In this document: positions 20,877 through 29,916 of the stretch, one piece after another
Layout of the letters: the number at the start of each line of letters is the position of its first letter
Position numbering within the stretch: position 1 is the first letter of the stretch
Source of the DNA: Chitinophagales bacterium
GTDB lineage: Bacteria; Bacteroidota; Bacteroidia; Chitinophagales; JADIYW01
DNA: 64,000 nucleotides
Direction: 5' to 3'
Assembly: GCA_023957235.1 (NCBI GenBank)
Contig: JAMLHI010000003.1
Coordinates: 279,371 to 343,370 of the forward strand
Made by a program: the position numbers and the translations under genes
Notes under the pieces: generated by a model
What the model was told of the DNA's origin: nothing
Databases searched by the model: none
Seen by the model: the letters and a program-made list of their open reading frames with translations, nothing else

Positions 20877-21770
20877 TTAATACTTTAATTTCTCTATTGC
20901 TTTTGTAATATCTGCCAGAGTGGAAGAGGGATCTCCCATTTGTCTATTCACTGTCACTATAGTTGGTCGAATGTTCAGTTCATTTCCAATATTTTCTATC
21001 ATTTCTCTGACTGATACTTTTTCTCCATTACCGAGATTAAAGATTTCAAGATGGTTTCGATAATGGATACCTGCTTTTATTCCTTTGATGATGCGAGAAA
21101 TATGGGTAAAGTCACGACTGATGTTTTCGCCATAAAGCTCTATCATTTTATCTTCTATAAGAAGTCTTTTGAATTTGGCAAATGCCATGTCAGGTCTTTG
21201 CCTAGGACCATATACAGTAAAAAATCGAAAGATATTGACCGTGATATTACTTTCTTTATGGAGTTCTTTAATGGTTTCTTCTGCTTTTAATTTACTTTCA
21301 GCATAAGGTGATATGGGCTTTAGAGGAGTTACATCTTCGATTGCTTTCTGTCCTTCTATTTCACCATAAACAGAGGACGATGAAGCATAGATAAAGTGTT
21401 TGATATTGTGTTGAATTGCATTTTTGAAAATAAGAAAAGTCCCTTCAGTATTGACTCTGAAATATTCCCGTGGTTTGTCAAAAGAGGGTCTGACACCAGC
21501 TAACGCAGCTAGATGGATAATAGTGTCAATTTTACCTTCGTTTTCTTTGAGAATTTGAGAGATACTATTTTCATCAGTAATATCCGCCTTGTATAATTTA
21601 AAGTTGGAGTGATTAAGAGCATTTTTGAGGTTGTTTTCTTTGATGGATGGGCTGTAAAAGTTGTCAAAGTTATCTATCCCTATGATTTTATAGTTAGATT
21701 GCAATAAATCATCTACTAAATTACTACCGATAAATCCTGCACAACCTGTGATTAAAATTTTCTTTGTCAT
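20877..21770 (-). CDS. NAD-dependent sugar epimerase/dehydratase (extended SDR)
   Basis: ILITGCAGFIGSNL Rossmann motif, YAESKLKAE (YxxxK) and ASSSSVYG. Confidence 0.85.
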   Translation of the reverse strand: MTKKILITGCAGFIGSNLVDDLLQSNYKIIGIDNFDNFYSPSIKENNLKNALNHSNFKLYKADITDENSISQILKENEGKIDTIIHLAALAGVRPSFDKPREYFRVNTEGTFLIFKNAIQHNIKHFIYASSSSVYGEIEGQKAIEDVTPLKPISPYAESKLKAEETIKELHKESNITVNIFRFFTVYGPRQRPDMAFAKFKRLLIEDKMIELYGENISRDFTHISRIIKGIKAGIHYRNHLEIFNLGNGEKVSVREMIENIGNELNIRPTIVTVNRQMGDPSSTLADITKAIEKLKY

Positions 21771-21996
21771 ACTAATAAAATCAAATCTACAATTTTAGAG
21801 TAATATAATCATAGATACACTAATTCAATTATTTCATATTTTTAGATAATGCTTTTTAGTTGCTGAATTCAAGCGCCAAGTGCAACATTGAGTGAATATA
21901 ATAATTTATTAGGAGAAAGAAATTTATTTTTCTTTCTAGGTCACAGCCGTCCGAAAGTTTTCTAAAAACCAATAAAAATCTTCCCAACTCCTTTAT

Positions 21997-23247
21997 TTAT
22001 AGAGGTAAACTTGTTTGTAAGGTGGAATTATCTCTGTCGAAAAGTGTTTTTTGGGGAGGTTTTTTAGCTTTTTTTACTACCGGTTTCAGTTTGTTGCAGA
22101 TATAATCCAACGTGAGATAGTGCATCAGGCAGATTCTTACTTTCTCACAAAAATTACTGAAAGTCGTTTTGCTGTCGCAATAAAAGCGTTTGATGAGTTC
22201 AAGTAACAAATAGCTTATCAAAGCCACATAAATCTGCGATTTTACTGCATTTTCACTCGTTCCAAGAAAAGTTTTGATTTGCAGGTTTTGCTTCATCGCC
22301 TTGAAAAAAAGCTCAATATCCCAACGTTTTTTGTATAGGTCAGCTATGGTTCGGGCAGACCAATCGAGGTTGTTGGTAATGATTTCGATTACTTTGTTCT
22401 CATCTTCTTTATAAACGTGTAGAAGCCTTAATTTTTGAGTGTTAATGCCTGTTCCCACCGCTTTTTTAGAAGACAATTCTATGATTTCATCTTTGAGAAT
22501 ATCCTGTTCTTTATCATCGGGAAGTTCTTTTTCTTCGAGACTCGTAAAAACTGTATTTTCTTTGATTCTGGTTACAAAAACATTCTCTGCCTTGATACGT
22601 TTCATCATCAGCGAAAAATCAAAATACCCTCTGTCCTCAACGATTATCGTGCCTTTATCAAATATATTGTTTTCCAATCCGTAGCGGTCGTGGACTTTTG
22701 CTTCCGAGATATTGACCATATCGGGAAGCCCAAGCTGGTCGTCCCAAACCGTGTGGATTTTCAAACCTCCTTTAGCTGTTCGGAACTTTGCCCAATCAAA
22801 TAAACTCAAACACAGACTGATTGTGGTGCTGTCAATGAGTTTGATATTATGGTTTTTGATTTCTTCAATAACGTGGCTTTGGTGATGGGATTTCAAGGTT
22901 TCTTTGTAATAGCTCAACAGTCTGTAATACAGTCCCTCAAAGACTTGATAATTTCGGTTTTTATTGCCATCACTCATCGTAGATTTAGCCGGACTTTGAT
23001 GAAGCTCAATATCAGAAAGAAAGGTGCTACTGATTGATAATCAGCAACTTATGTCCGAAAGGGTGTAACATTTATTCAGCTGTCCGAACAATAAAGCAAC
23101 CAGTTGATCGTAAGTCTTGTATTTATGACAACCTTTGTCGGATTTGTACTTATGGATTTCGGCACGAAGTAAATGAGGAGGAATCAATCTTAAAATTTGA
23201 CCAAGTAACGGTTTATTTGTATTTTTGGAACGCCTGAATAATGCCAT
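21997..23247 (-). mobile_element. IS4-family transposase gene (DUF4372-type N-terminus + DDE domain) inactivated by one in-frame TGA
   Basis: ORFs 23041-23247 and 21997-22977 are in the same frame and are separated only by the TGA at 23041-23043 (..LSDISC*LSISSTFLSDIELHQSPAKSTMSDGNK..). GC content is visibly higher than in the flanks. Confidence 0.85.
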
Positions 23248-23301
23248 ATTTGAAATGAAGTGAGATTTTTTTCAAAATAACGCATTCTCAGGCACTTTTT
23301 T

Positions 23302-24105
23302 TTATTCTAAGTTTCGGATTGTTGTGTTTCTAGGTCTATTGTTCAATTTATTTTGAATTGTTTCAACTTGTTTGTCGGTTATAAGATTTAGGTCAGTGTT
23401 GTTTTTGAAATATTGCCTTAGTAGCCCGTTTTGGTTTTCATTACATCCTCTTTGCTGGGAAGAATAAGGGTCAGCAAAGAACCACTTAATATTAAATGCT
23501 TGTTCTACATTTTTGAATCTTGCGAATTCTGTTCCGTTATCGCTCGTTATGGAATGGATTTTATCTTTGAAGGGCATTAGTGTTTGGATTAAGTTTTGCT
23601 CCACAATTTCTGCGTTTTTTGATGGTATTTTTACTATAAAATTGAATAGTGATTTTCGTTCGGTAATGGTAATAAAGTAGCCGTTCGTGCATTTTACCAG
23701 ATCTGTTTCAAAGTCTCCAATGCGAGCCTGATTATCAATAATTTCATCTCTTAGATGAATGGAAAGCTTGTCTTTTATTATCACTCTAGGCTGTTTGTCC
23801 AATTTTCTTTTACGTCGCTTTCTATGCCCTATTCTGAGGTGCTGAAGGAGATCTTCGCCTTCATACCGCCTGTTAGCATATAACCACTGGTAAATTGCTT
23901 CGATGCTTAACATAGGAATATCTCTATTCTTACAGGTAACGGCTATTTGTTCCGGACTCCAATCCCTCTTAATAAGCCATACAATACGCCTAATAATAGC
24001 CCTATCTTTTGTTTTACGACTCCAGGGTTTATAGGCTCTTTTGCAAGCAAAAACGTGAGCTTGTTTGGCTTTGTACTTGTCAGGTGGTGTACTAATGATA
24101 GATTC
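23302..24105 (-). mobile_element. IS30-family transposase gene, 5'-truncated (HTH region missing)
   Basis: The C-terminus SITSDNGTEFARF...RGCNENQNGLLRQYF...NKLNNRPR is typical of IS30. The frame stays open upstream of the annotated Met (PPDKYKAKQAHVFACKRAYKPWSRK..DWSPEQIA) but ends at TGATGA at about 24106-24111 with no start codon. Confidence 0.8.
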
Positions 24106-24433
24106 TCATCATTCATACAAGTCCTTCGCTAAAGAAACTCCGGGTATCACCCACAAGAATTTCATTGCCAAAGACCATGTCAGTAAAGATGATAAGAATA
24201 TACACGTACAGAGTGTAAACAATACCCATAAACAGATAAGGATGTTTCTAAAACCATTCAACGGAGTGAGTTCTAAATATCTTTAAAACTATATGAACTG
24301 GTACGCTTATAGCGATAAGCTAAAACAAACCAAACATACTATCAAACAATGGGTCATTACTGGACTCTTGGCTCATGGTGCTTATGAGCTATTTTGTTTG
24401 TTTAAGCAAAATGCTGTGCTAATTAGAATATAG
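24092..24433 (+). pseudogene. IS1595-family (ISXO2-like) transposase 3' fragment with in-frame TAA
   Basis: DSHHSYKSFAKE...HVQSVNNTHKQIRMFLKPFNGVSSKYL*NYMNWY matches the conserved C-terminal pattern of IS1595 transposases. A TAA sits where Gln is expected. The 5' part is replaced by the IS30 fragment. Confidence 0.75.
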
Positions 24434-24899
24434 CCTTTTGGATTAATGGATAGCACATTAAATTACGTCAATAATATCCAGGTGTTTATCGAGCGAAACA
24501 TTCATATCGCTCCTCATCATTTAGCACCTCACTACTTTTCAAAATATAAATCAGGCATAAAATATATCATGTATCATGCTAATAAAAACACCATTTGGTA
24601 TATCTTTTTCAAGCTACATAAGCACCGTTTTATGATACATTACATCACTAACAACCATTTTGAAGGACAATATATCCGTTGAAAATGAATAGAAAGAATT
24701 AACGTTAACCTCAATAGACTTAAAATTAACCGAGCTTTTTATTTGGGAGGAAGAGGATTTTTATCATTTTGTACATGATGTACCCATTGGCGCTGTATAA
24801 GTAGCCAATGAAATGTATAGGAAACTGAAATTAGAATTAACGAACTGATTCATAGTTTTAGTCATATAAATCTCATATATTTATATCAATTCTATTGCT

Positions 24900-25355
24900 A
24901 TGAATCTCAAAGTTTTCCTGCAATCATTAGAAAAGCTTCTGAAAAGATATTCGTTTTTCTTCGGATTAATATTTCTCACCCTAGTCATTAAAGAAATTTA
25001 TCCCTTCTCAATGTATGACATGTACAATAAATTCCCCAATGAGTCTTATGCATACTACCTCACAGATGAAAACAAGCAAACTATTAGTCATCAATTTGGT
25101 GTTTCTAGTGGAGGATTAGGTCATATTTTACCTGCTGAATTTACGAAATTAAAAATAGATGCTACAGCGGGAAAAGCAACTTCTGAAGAACTTAAGTTGA
25201 TAGGAAAAAGCATAATAGAGAATCTATTGAAAAAACAAGATAATTCTGGGTTACCCGATAAAATATATTTAAATAGAATATACAATTATATGGGGGGGGA
25301 GGGTGAACAAATCGTTTCTGACACAATAATTATGATAGAATATGCAATTAGATAA
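24900..25355 (+). CDS. Hypothetical protein with N-terminal TM anchor; contains a G8 tract
   Basis: 151-aa ORF with a hydrophobic segment (YSFFFGLIFLTLVI). No motif was recognised. Confidence 0.4.
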   Translation: MNLKVFLQSLEKLLKRYSFFFGLIFLTLVIKEIYPFSMYDMYNKFPNESYAYYLTDENKQTISHQFGVSSGGLGHILPAEFTKLKIDATAGKATSEELKLIGKSIIENLLKKQDNSGLPDKIYLNRIYNYMGGEGEQIVSDTIIMIEYAIR

Positions 25356-26193
25356 TAAAACAATAAGCTACTCTATCGAATGGAAGTGTATTATCATCCC
25401 ATACTTATTTCTAAATCTTCTTAATTTATCGGGTTTATTAATTGGAATAGATATGATAACAATAAATAGAGGAGTTTGCTTATTAATCAACTGCAATATA
25501 TTTTTGTTAAAAGGGTTGAAAGCCACTCTATTTTTTCTTTTGTTCTTTTCAAATTTCATCTTCCTTTTCACAAAATATAAAAAAACCTCTTCTCTTTTAA
25601 TTGCATTATTGGCATTCATTATTCTATCACTCGAAGAGTCTTATGGAGTACAAAGTAGAACAGGTATCACTGTGTTTATATGGCTATCTATTTTCTTTGC
25701 ATACTTTATATATGGTAAGAATAAAAATAAATTTGGACTTTATGAAAATAGGGTTAAGCTCCCTATACAGGTTATTCTTGCTTGCTATACTTTAGCAGGT
25801 ATTTCCAAACTACAAACCACGGGATTATCATGGATATATAGTGCAAAACTAATGCCTTTGCAAATTGTAAAAAGTAATCAAACAAATTTTATTGATAAGA
25901 TGTATTTTGGTGAAATTATCAATAATAAAGTAGAGTTTATTATGCAAAATGAAACACTCGTCATTATATTGCTTGCAGGAGCATTGCTAATAGAGCTAAC
26001 TTCTGGACTTGGAATGATCAATAAAAAAATGAGATTATTATACGCTTTTTTACTGCTTTCTATGCATATTGGCATATACTATTTATTTCAGATAGCCATC
26101 ACACCGTTCATCGTACCACTTGTCTTATTTATGATTAATCCATTATATTGGGTATGTAAGATTTGTATTAGATTAAGACTGGCGATTCAATAG
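25342..26193 (+). CDS. Hypothetical polytopic membrane protein
   Basis: 283-aa ORF with about 7-8 hydrophobic segments. It overlaps the previous ORF by 14 nt. Confidence 0.5.
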   Translation: MQLDNKTISYSIEWKCIIIPYLFLNLLNLSGLLIGIDMITINRGVCLLINCNIFLLKGLKATLFFLLFFSNFIFLFTKYKKTSSLLIALLAFIILSLEESYGVQSRTGITVFIWLSIFFAYFIYGKNKNKFGLYENRVKLPIQVILACYTLAGISKLQTTGLSWIYSAKLMPLQIVKSNQTNFIDKMYFGEIINNKVEFIMQNETLVIILLAGALLIELTSGLGMINKKMRLLYAFLLLSMHIGIYYLFQIAITPFIVPLVLFMINPLYWVCKICIRLRLAIQ

Positions 26194-26605
26194 AGCATTT
26201 AACTTCTATAAAGAAGATTTAACCAATCGTCTCTTATTGCTACAAAAGTGAAAAATGCTAATTGGAAATTTAAGATTGATTTGCTTAGCATTTATATTTT
26301 ATTGCATTTAAGTCAAGTTCATTGATTTCAAAAAACATCATTCATAAAGGAAACCATAAAAAGAATAGAGAGAATCGCTATAGTTATAATCAAAATATTC
26401 ATTATCCAAGTCGGCAAATTGAATTCAGCGAATGAATCTAATACCAAAATATATTGCTTAAAAATTTGACCGCAAAGACGCAAGGAGTTATTCCCCAGCC
26501 ACTGATTCTATTTAACCACAGAGTACACAAAGCTTTTCACAAAGCAAACCAAGAAAATGCACCGGACATTGAGCTTCGGTCATCGAGTGCTTCGATTGAA
26601 CTTAG

Positions 26606-26903
26606 CATCATGCTGTAAGTATCTATAAGCAATACAGTTTAACAATGAGATCCTTACAGGGTGACAGTAGTAGCCATAACTATAGACAGATGTCATGCTG
26701 TAAGCATCTATGTGTAATACAGTTAGGCAATGAGATTCTTACGCTTCAACAGGTGATACATTAGCCTGTCGAAGCGCTCAACGACTGCAGGGTGACAGTA
26801 GTGTACATAACACTACATGAACGGCATGTGTATCCTGCGTATGTCATGCTGTAAGCATCTATATACATTACAGTTGAGGAAGGAGATTCTTTCAGAATGA
26901 CAG
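26606..26903 (+). repeat. Tandem array (3 copies) of an ~62-bp core + ~22-bp linker repeat (ATGTCATGCTGTAAGCATCT..CAATACAGTT..GAGATTCTT..CAGGGTGACAG)
   Basis: Copies lie at 26606-26667, 26690-26798 and 26841-26903. The middle copy carries a ~45-bp hairpin insertion. CGCAAAG/CACAAAAG-type motif blocks flank the array, at about 26470-26560 and 26930-26965. Confidence 0.9.
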
Positions 26904-26973
26904 GGAGGTATCATAATTGCACCCAAATGTCACACTAACAACAAAGAACACAAAAGAAAAATAGTGTTCCTTG

Positions 26974-27029
26974 CGCTCTCCTGTCCCGAGAGCGTGTTCC
27001 GTGAATACAGAAACGGAGTGATTCGGGAC
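26974..27029 (-). other. GC-rich nested stem-loop element directly 3' of wecE-like gene (possible terminator or repeat-associated structure)
   Basis: GTCCCGA (26983-26989) pairs with TCGGGAC (27023-27029) and encloses TCCGT/ACGGA (26998-27002/27013-27017). An alternative stem, CGCTCTC/GAGAGCG, overlaps the outer stem. A T-rich run follows on the minus strand. Confidence 0.4.
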
Positions 27030-27034
27030 TGCGG

Positions 27035-28153
27035 TTAAGAATAAAACTCAAAAATCTTCTCTACTACCATCTCTTGCTCTTCTCGTTTTAGCAGATAATA
27101 TTGAGGAAGACGGAGTAATCTTTCACTTTCTTTACTGGTAAATTTATCTTCCCCTCTAAACTCACCTTCTTTCATACCATATTCAGAAGTGTGAAGAGGT
27201 GCATAATGAAAAGCACTACCTATTTCATTTTTTCGTAGGAAATCAATTAGCGCTTTTCTCTCATCAAAATCAGCAGTTTTCATCCAAAATAGATGACCAT
27301 TGTGTTGAGCATAATCAGGAATTTGAGCAAGCTGTATTTTACCTTCTTTTTCCAGATGTTTTAATTCTTGATAATAAAAATTCCAGTTGGAAAGATATTG
27401 ATGAATGATTTTATCTAACTGTAAAAGCTGACTGTGCAAAATAACAGCCAAGGGTTCAGCAAGTAATGAATTAGTACCCATGTGTTTCCACTCGTAGGAA
27501 TTAGCCTTCCCGTCCAACATTTCCTGTCTATTCGTTCCGAAATGATAAGACTTGATAAAGTTATCCCAAAGTTGGGGTTGATTAATAGAGATTCCTCCAC
27601 CTTCACCGCAGCTGATATTTTTTAAAAAGTCAAAACTAATAGTAGAAATATCACCTAAGTTTCCTAAAAATCGGTCTTTATATTTACAATTGATACCATG
27701 TGCATTATCCTCTATGAGAAATAGGTTATTCTCGGTACACAGTTTTTGTATCTTATCATAATCGCAAGCAACACCAGCATAATTGATAGTTATCACTGCA
27801 ACGGTATCTTTCGTGATAGCACTTTCAATAGCATTGGCACTAACATTCATTGTGCCTGGTTCACAATCTACAAAGACACATTTATAACCATTGAGTGCAA
27901 CCGCGTTTGCTAAAGAAACAAAACCGTAAGAAGGTAAGATAATTTCTTTCCCTTTTTCAGAGGGTAAACTCATCAAAGCCAATTCTAAGGATTGAGTACA
28001 AGATTTCGTAAGTAAAAAATTTGAATAGTTATAGTTTTCAGTAAAATGTTTTGGAATTTCATACTCTCTAATGTTTTTCATTTCTCCCAGATAGAACTTT
28101 TTTAATAGCTCTATTTCGTCTAATGAATAATATGGCACGAAATATGGCAACAT
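27035..28153 (-). CDS. wecE: dTDP-4-amino-4,6-dideoxygalactose transaminase-like (DegT/DnrJ/EryC1 family)
   Basis: Collinear with E. coli WecE as recalled. It has LTKSCTQSLELAL, the PLP lysine context SFDFLKNISCGEGGGISI, and the C-terminus FHYAPLH...GEDKFTSKESERLLRLPQYY. Confidence 0.85.
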   Translation of the reverse strand: MLPYFVPYYSLDEIELLKKFYLGEMKNIREYEIPKHFTENYNYSNFLLTKSCTQSLELALMSLPSEKGKEIILPSYGFVSLANAVALNGYKCVFVDCEPGTMNVSANAIESAITKDTVAVITINYAGVACDYDKIQKLCTENNLFLIEDNAHGINCKYKDRFLGNLGDISTISFDFLKNISCGEGGGISINQPQLWDNFIKSYHFGTNRQEMLDGKANSYEWKHMGTNSLLAEPLAVILHSQLLQLDKIIHQYLSNWNFYYQELKHLEKEGKIQLAQIPDYAQHNGHLFWMKTADFDERKALIDFLRKNEIGSAFHYAPLHTSEYGMKEGEFRGEDKFTSKESERLLRLPQYYLLKREEQEMVVEKIFEFYS

Positions 28154-28498
28154 GATAGCTATAATAGTTTTGTATTGATTTATACATCAAAGATACTATT
28201 TGCTAATGATTTATTTGCTGTGAATAAAACAAGTGAGTAAAAGATAAGTATATTTATAACTAAAGTTAAATAGTTTAACTATCACAGAAAACTTTAAAGA
28301 TTATTATCTACCCAGTCCTAACTTGCAGATAGACTATATGTTTAAAGATGGATATGAAGTATATATCGAGGAATATATAACTGAATACCTCCCTTTTAAT
28401 TTAACTTTGAACACAAATCAGAAGCTCACTATTAAGATGAAGCCAAAAGAATAATAATTGTTTTTACATAAGTCCTATGTTAAAAATAGCATTATTGA

Positions 28499-28506
28499 TA
28501 TATTTG
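28499..28506 (+). promoter_or_regulatory. Bacteroidota -7 box candidate (TAnnTTTG)
   Basis: TATATTTG lies 17 nt upstream of the ATG at 28523. Confidence 0.35.
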
Positions 28507-28522
28507 TATCTATCATTTTTTA

Positions 28523-29914
28523 ATGCGAATTCAAAATTCTAAAGTAGATATCATTTTTGTCCAGCCTATGGATATGTTTAGTGCTGTGCCTTATGTCAAG
28601 AGTTTAGGTCATGTTTCATTGCTTAGAGAGAATGGCTATACTGTTCAACTCATTGATCCTGCGCCACATAAATTATCACTTAAAGAAGTAGTTCAAATTA
28701 TTATTGACTCTGAAGCAAAACTTTTAGTTGTTTCTGCTTTTTCGAGTACACTTCCATTTGCCTACCAGCTGACTAATCAAGTGTTTGATCAATGTCCTGA
28801 ATTACCTATTGTTTTAGAAGGCTATCATGTCAATGCTGACCCCAAAATTTTAAACCATATGCAAGTACAGTATGGTTTAAGAGGAGATAGCGAATTTGCT
28901 CTTTTACATTTATGCAATGCATTGCTTCGTCATCAAGAGTTCAATGAATACACGGATGGCTTAGTAGTAAAAAAGAAAAATGAACTCATTGCTAATAAGC
29001 ATGGGGTTCTACAAGATGTCAACACATTACCTCTTCCAGCTTATGAATTTATGGCTCATGGGAAATACTTTTCGGCAAGTACCAATAAGAAGCTCATGTA
29101 TTTGTTTACTACGAGAGGATGCCCTTATGATTGTAATTTCTGTGCGAGTGCTATACAGCGAAATTATCGACATCTTACAGAAGATAATATCATTCATTTA
29201 TTGAAATATTTAATCAATGATCTAAAGTATGAATGGTTAGAGTTTATGGATTTAACTTTTACTATTCATAAAAAGAGAATCATTGAGTTATGCAACAGGA
29301 TTGTTGAGGAAAACATTTGTTTTGAATGGGGCTGTGAAACTCGTGTCGATTTAATTGATGAAGAAGTCCTTATAGCTATGAAGCAAGCAGGTTGTCAAAA
29401 AATCACATTTGGTGTGGAATCTGGGAATGAGCAGGTGAGATACAAAACGGGTAAGAAAATAACTAATCAGCAATTTATAGACGCTTTCCGATTATGTAAG
29501 AAATATGACATCAGGACTATGGCCAATTTTATTATTGGACATCCAGGAGAAACAGTTGAACAAGTCGAAGAGTCCATTTCTTTTTCTAAAAAGATAGATC
29601 CTTTCAATGTGTTTTTCACTCGAATGGTACCTCTGCCAGATGTTTATATATATTCACAAGCTGTCAGAAAGGGGGAAATAGAATCTGACATTTGGATCCA
29701 GTATATGAAAGGAAAGATTGGGCATCCTGTTTATTATACTTCTACTATACCTCAAAAGAAAATAGAAAAATTATATAAAAAAGCTTTACTTTCCTACTAT
29801 GTTAGCTGGAGTACTTTTAGAAAATATTTACCTTTATTTAATAATCCTAAATATTTCTTTAAAGTCATTATAGTGTTTATATCATTTACATTTGGAAAGC
29901 CTAAATTCAAGTAG
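28523..29914 (+). CDS. B12-binding-domain radical SAM enzyme #1
   Basis: N-terminal Rossmann-like B12 domain (DIIFVQP...GYTVQLIDPA) and the CxxxCxxC motif TTRGCPYDCNFCAS. The C-terminus is hydrophobic. Confidence 0.85.
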   Translation: MRIQNSKVDIIFVQPMDMFSAVPYVKSLGHVSLLRENGYTVQLIDPAPHKLSLKEVVQIIIDSEAKLLVVSAFSSTLPFAYQLTNQVFDQCPELPIVLEGYHVNADPKILNHMQVQYGLRGDSEFALLHLCNALLRHQEFNEYTDGLVVKKKNELIANKHGVLQDVNTLPLPAYEFMAHGKYFSASTNKKLMYLFTTRGCPYDCNFCASAIQRNYRHLTEDNIIHLLKYLINDLKYEWLEFMDLTFTIHKKRIIELCNRIVEENICFEWGCETRVDLIDEEVLIAMKQAGCQKITFGVESGNEQVRYKTGKKITNQQFIDAFRLCKKYDIRTMANFIIGHPGETVEQVEESISFSKKIDPFNVFFTRMVPLPDVYIYSQAVRKGEIESDIWIQYMKGKIGHPVYYTSTIPQKKIEKLYKKALLSYYVSWSTFRKYLPLFNNPKYFFKVIIVFISFTFGKPKFK

Positions 29915-29916
29915 CA

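Noticed and set aside
23041-23043. The in-frame TGA in the IS4-family transposase might indicate TGA recoding or an alternative genetic code.
   Set aside because: TGA clearly functions as a stop elsewhere, for example in the ATGA stop/start overlaps at 32076, 33711, 34712 and 47399. A nonsense mutation in a dead IS is therefore the simpler reading.
24446-24682. 78-aa ORF downstream of the IS1595 relic.
   Set aside because: Low-complexity His/Tyr/Ile-rich translation, no recognisable motif, and a location in IS-scarred intergenic DNA. It is probably spurious.
25292-25345. The idea that loss of one G in the G8 tract fuses ORF 24900-25355 to the downstream membrane ORF 25342-26193.
   Set aside because: Reading the frame of the downstream ORF back from 25342 meets a TAA at 25327-25329, so a -1 slip would not create a fusion.
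26328-26402. 24-codon hydrophobic minus-strand ORF (MNILIITIAILSILFMVSFMNDVF) next to the repeat array, reminiscent of a type I toxin.
   Set aside because: It is too short, it is expected by chance in AT-rich DNA, and there is no adjacent antisense RNA signature or conservation evidence available.
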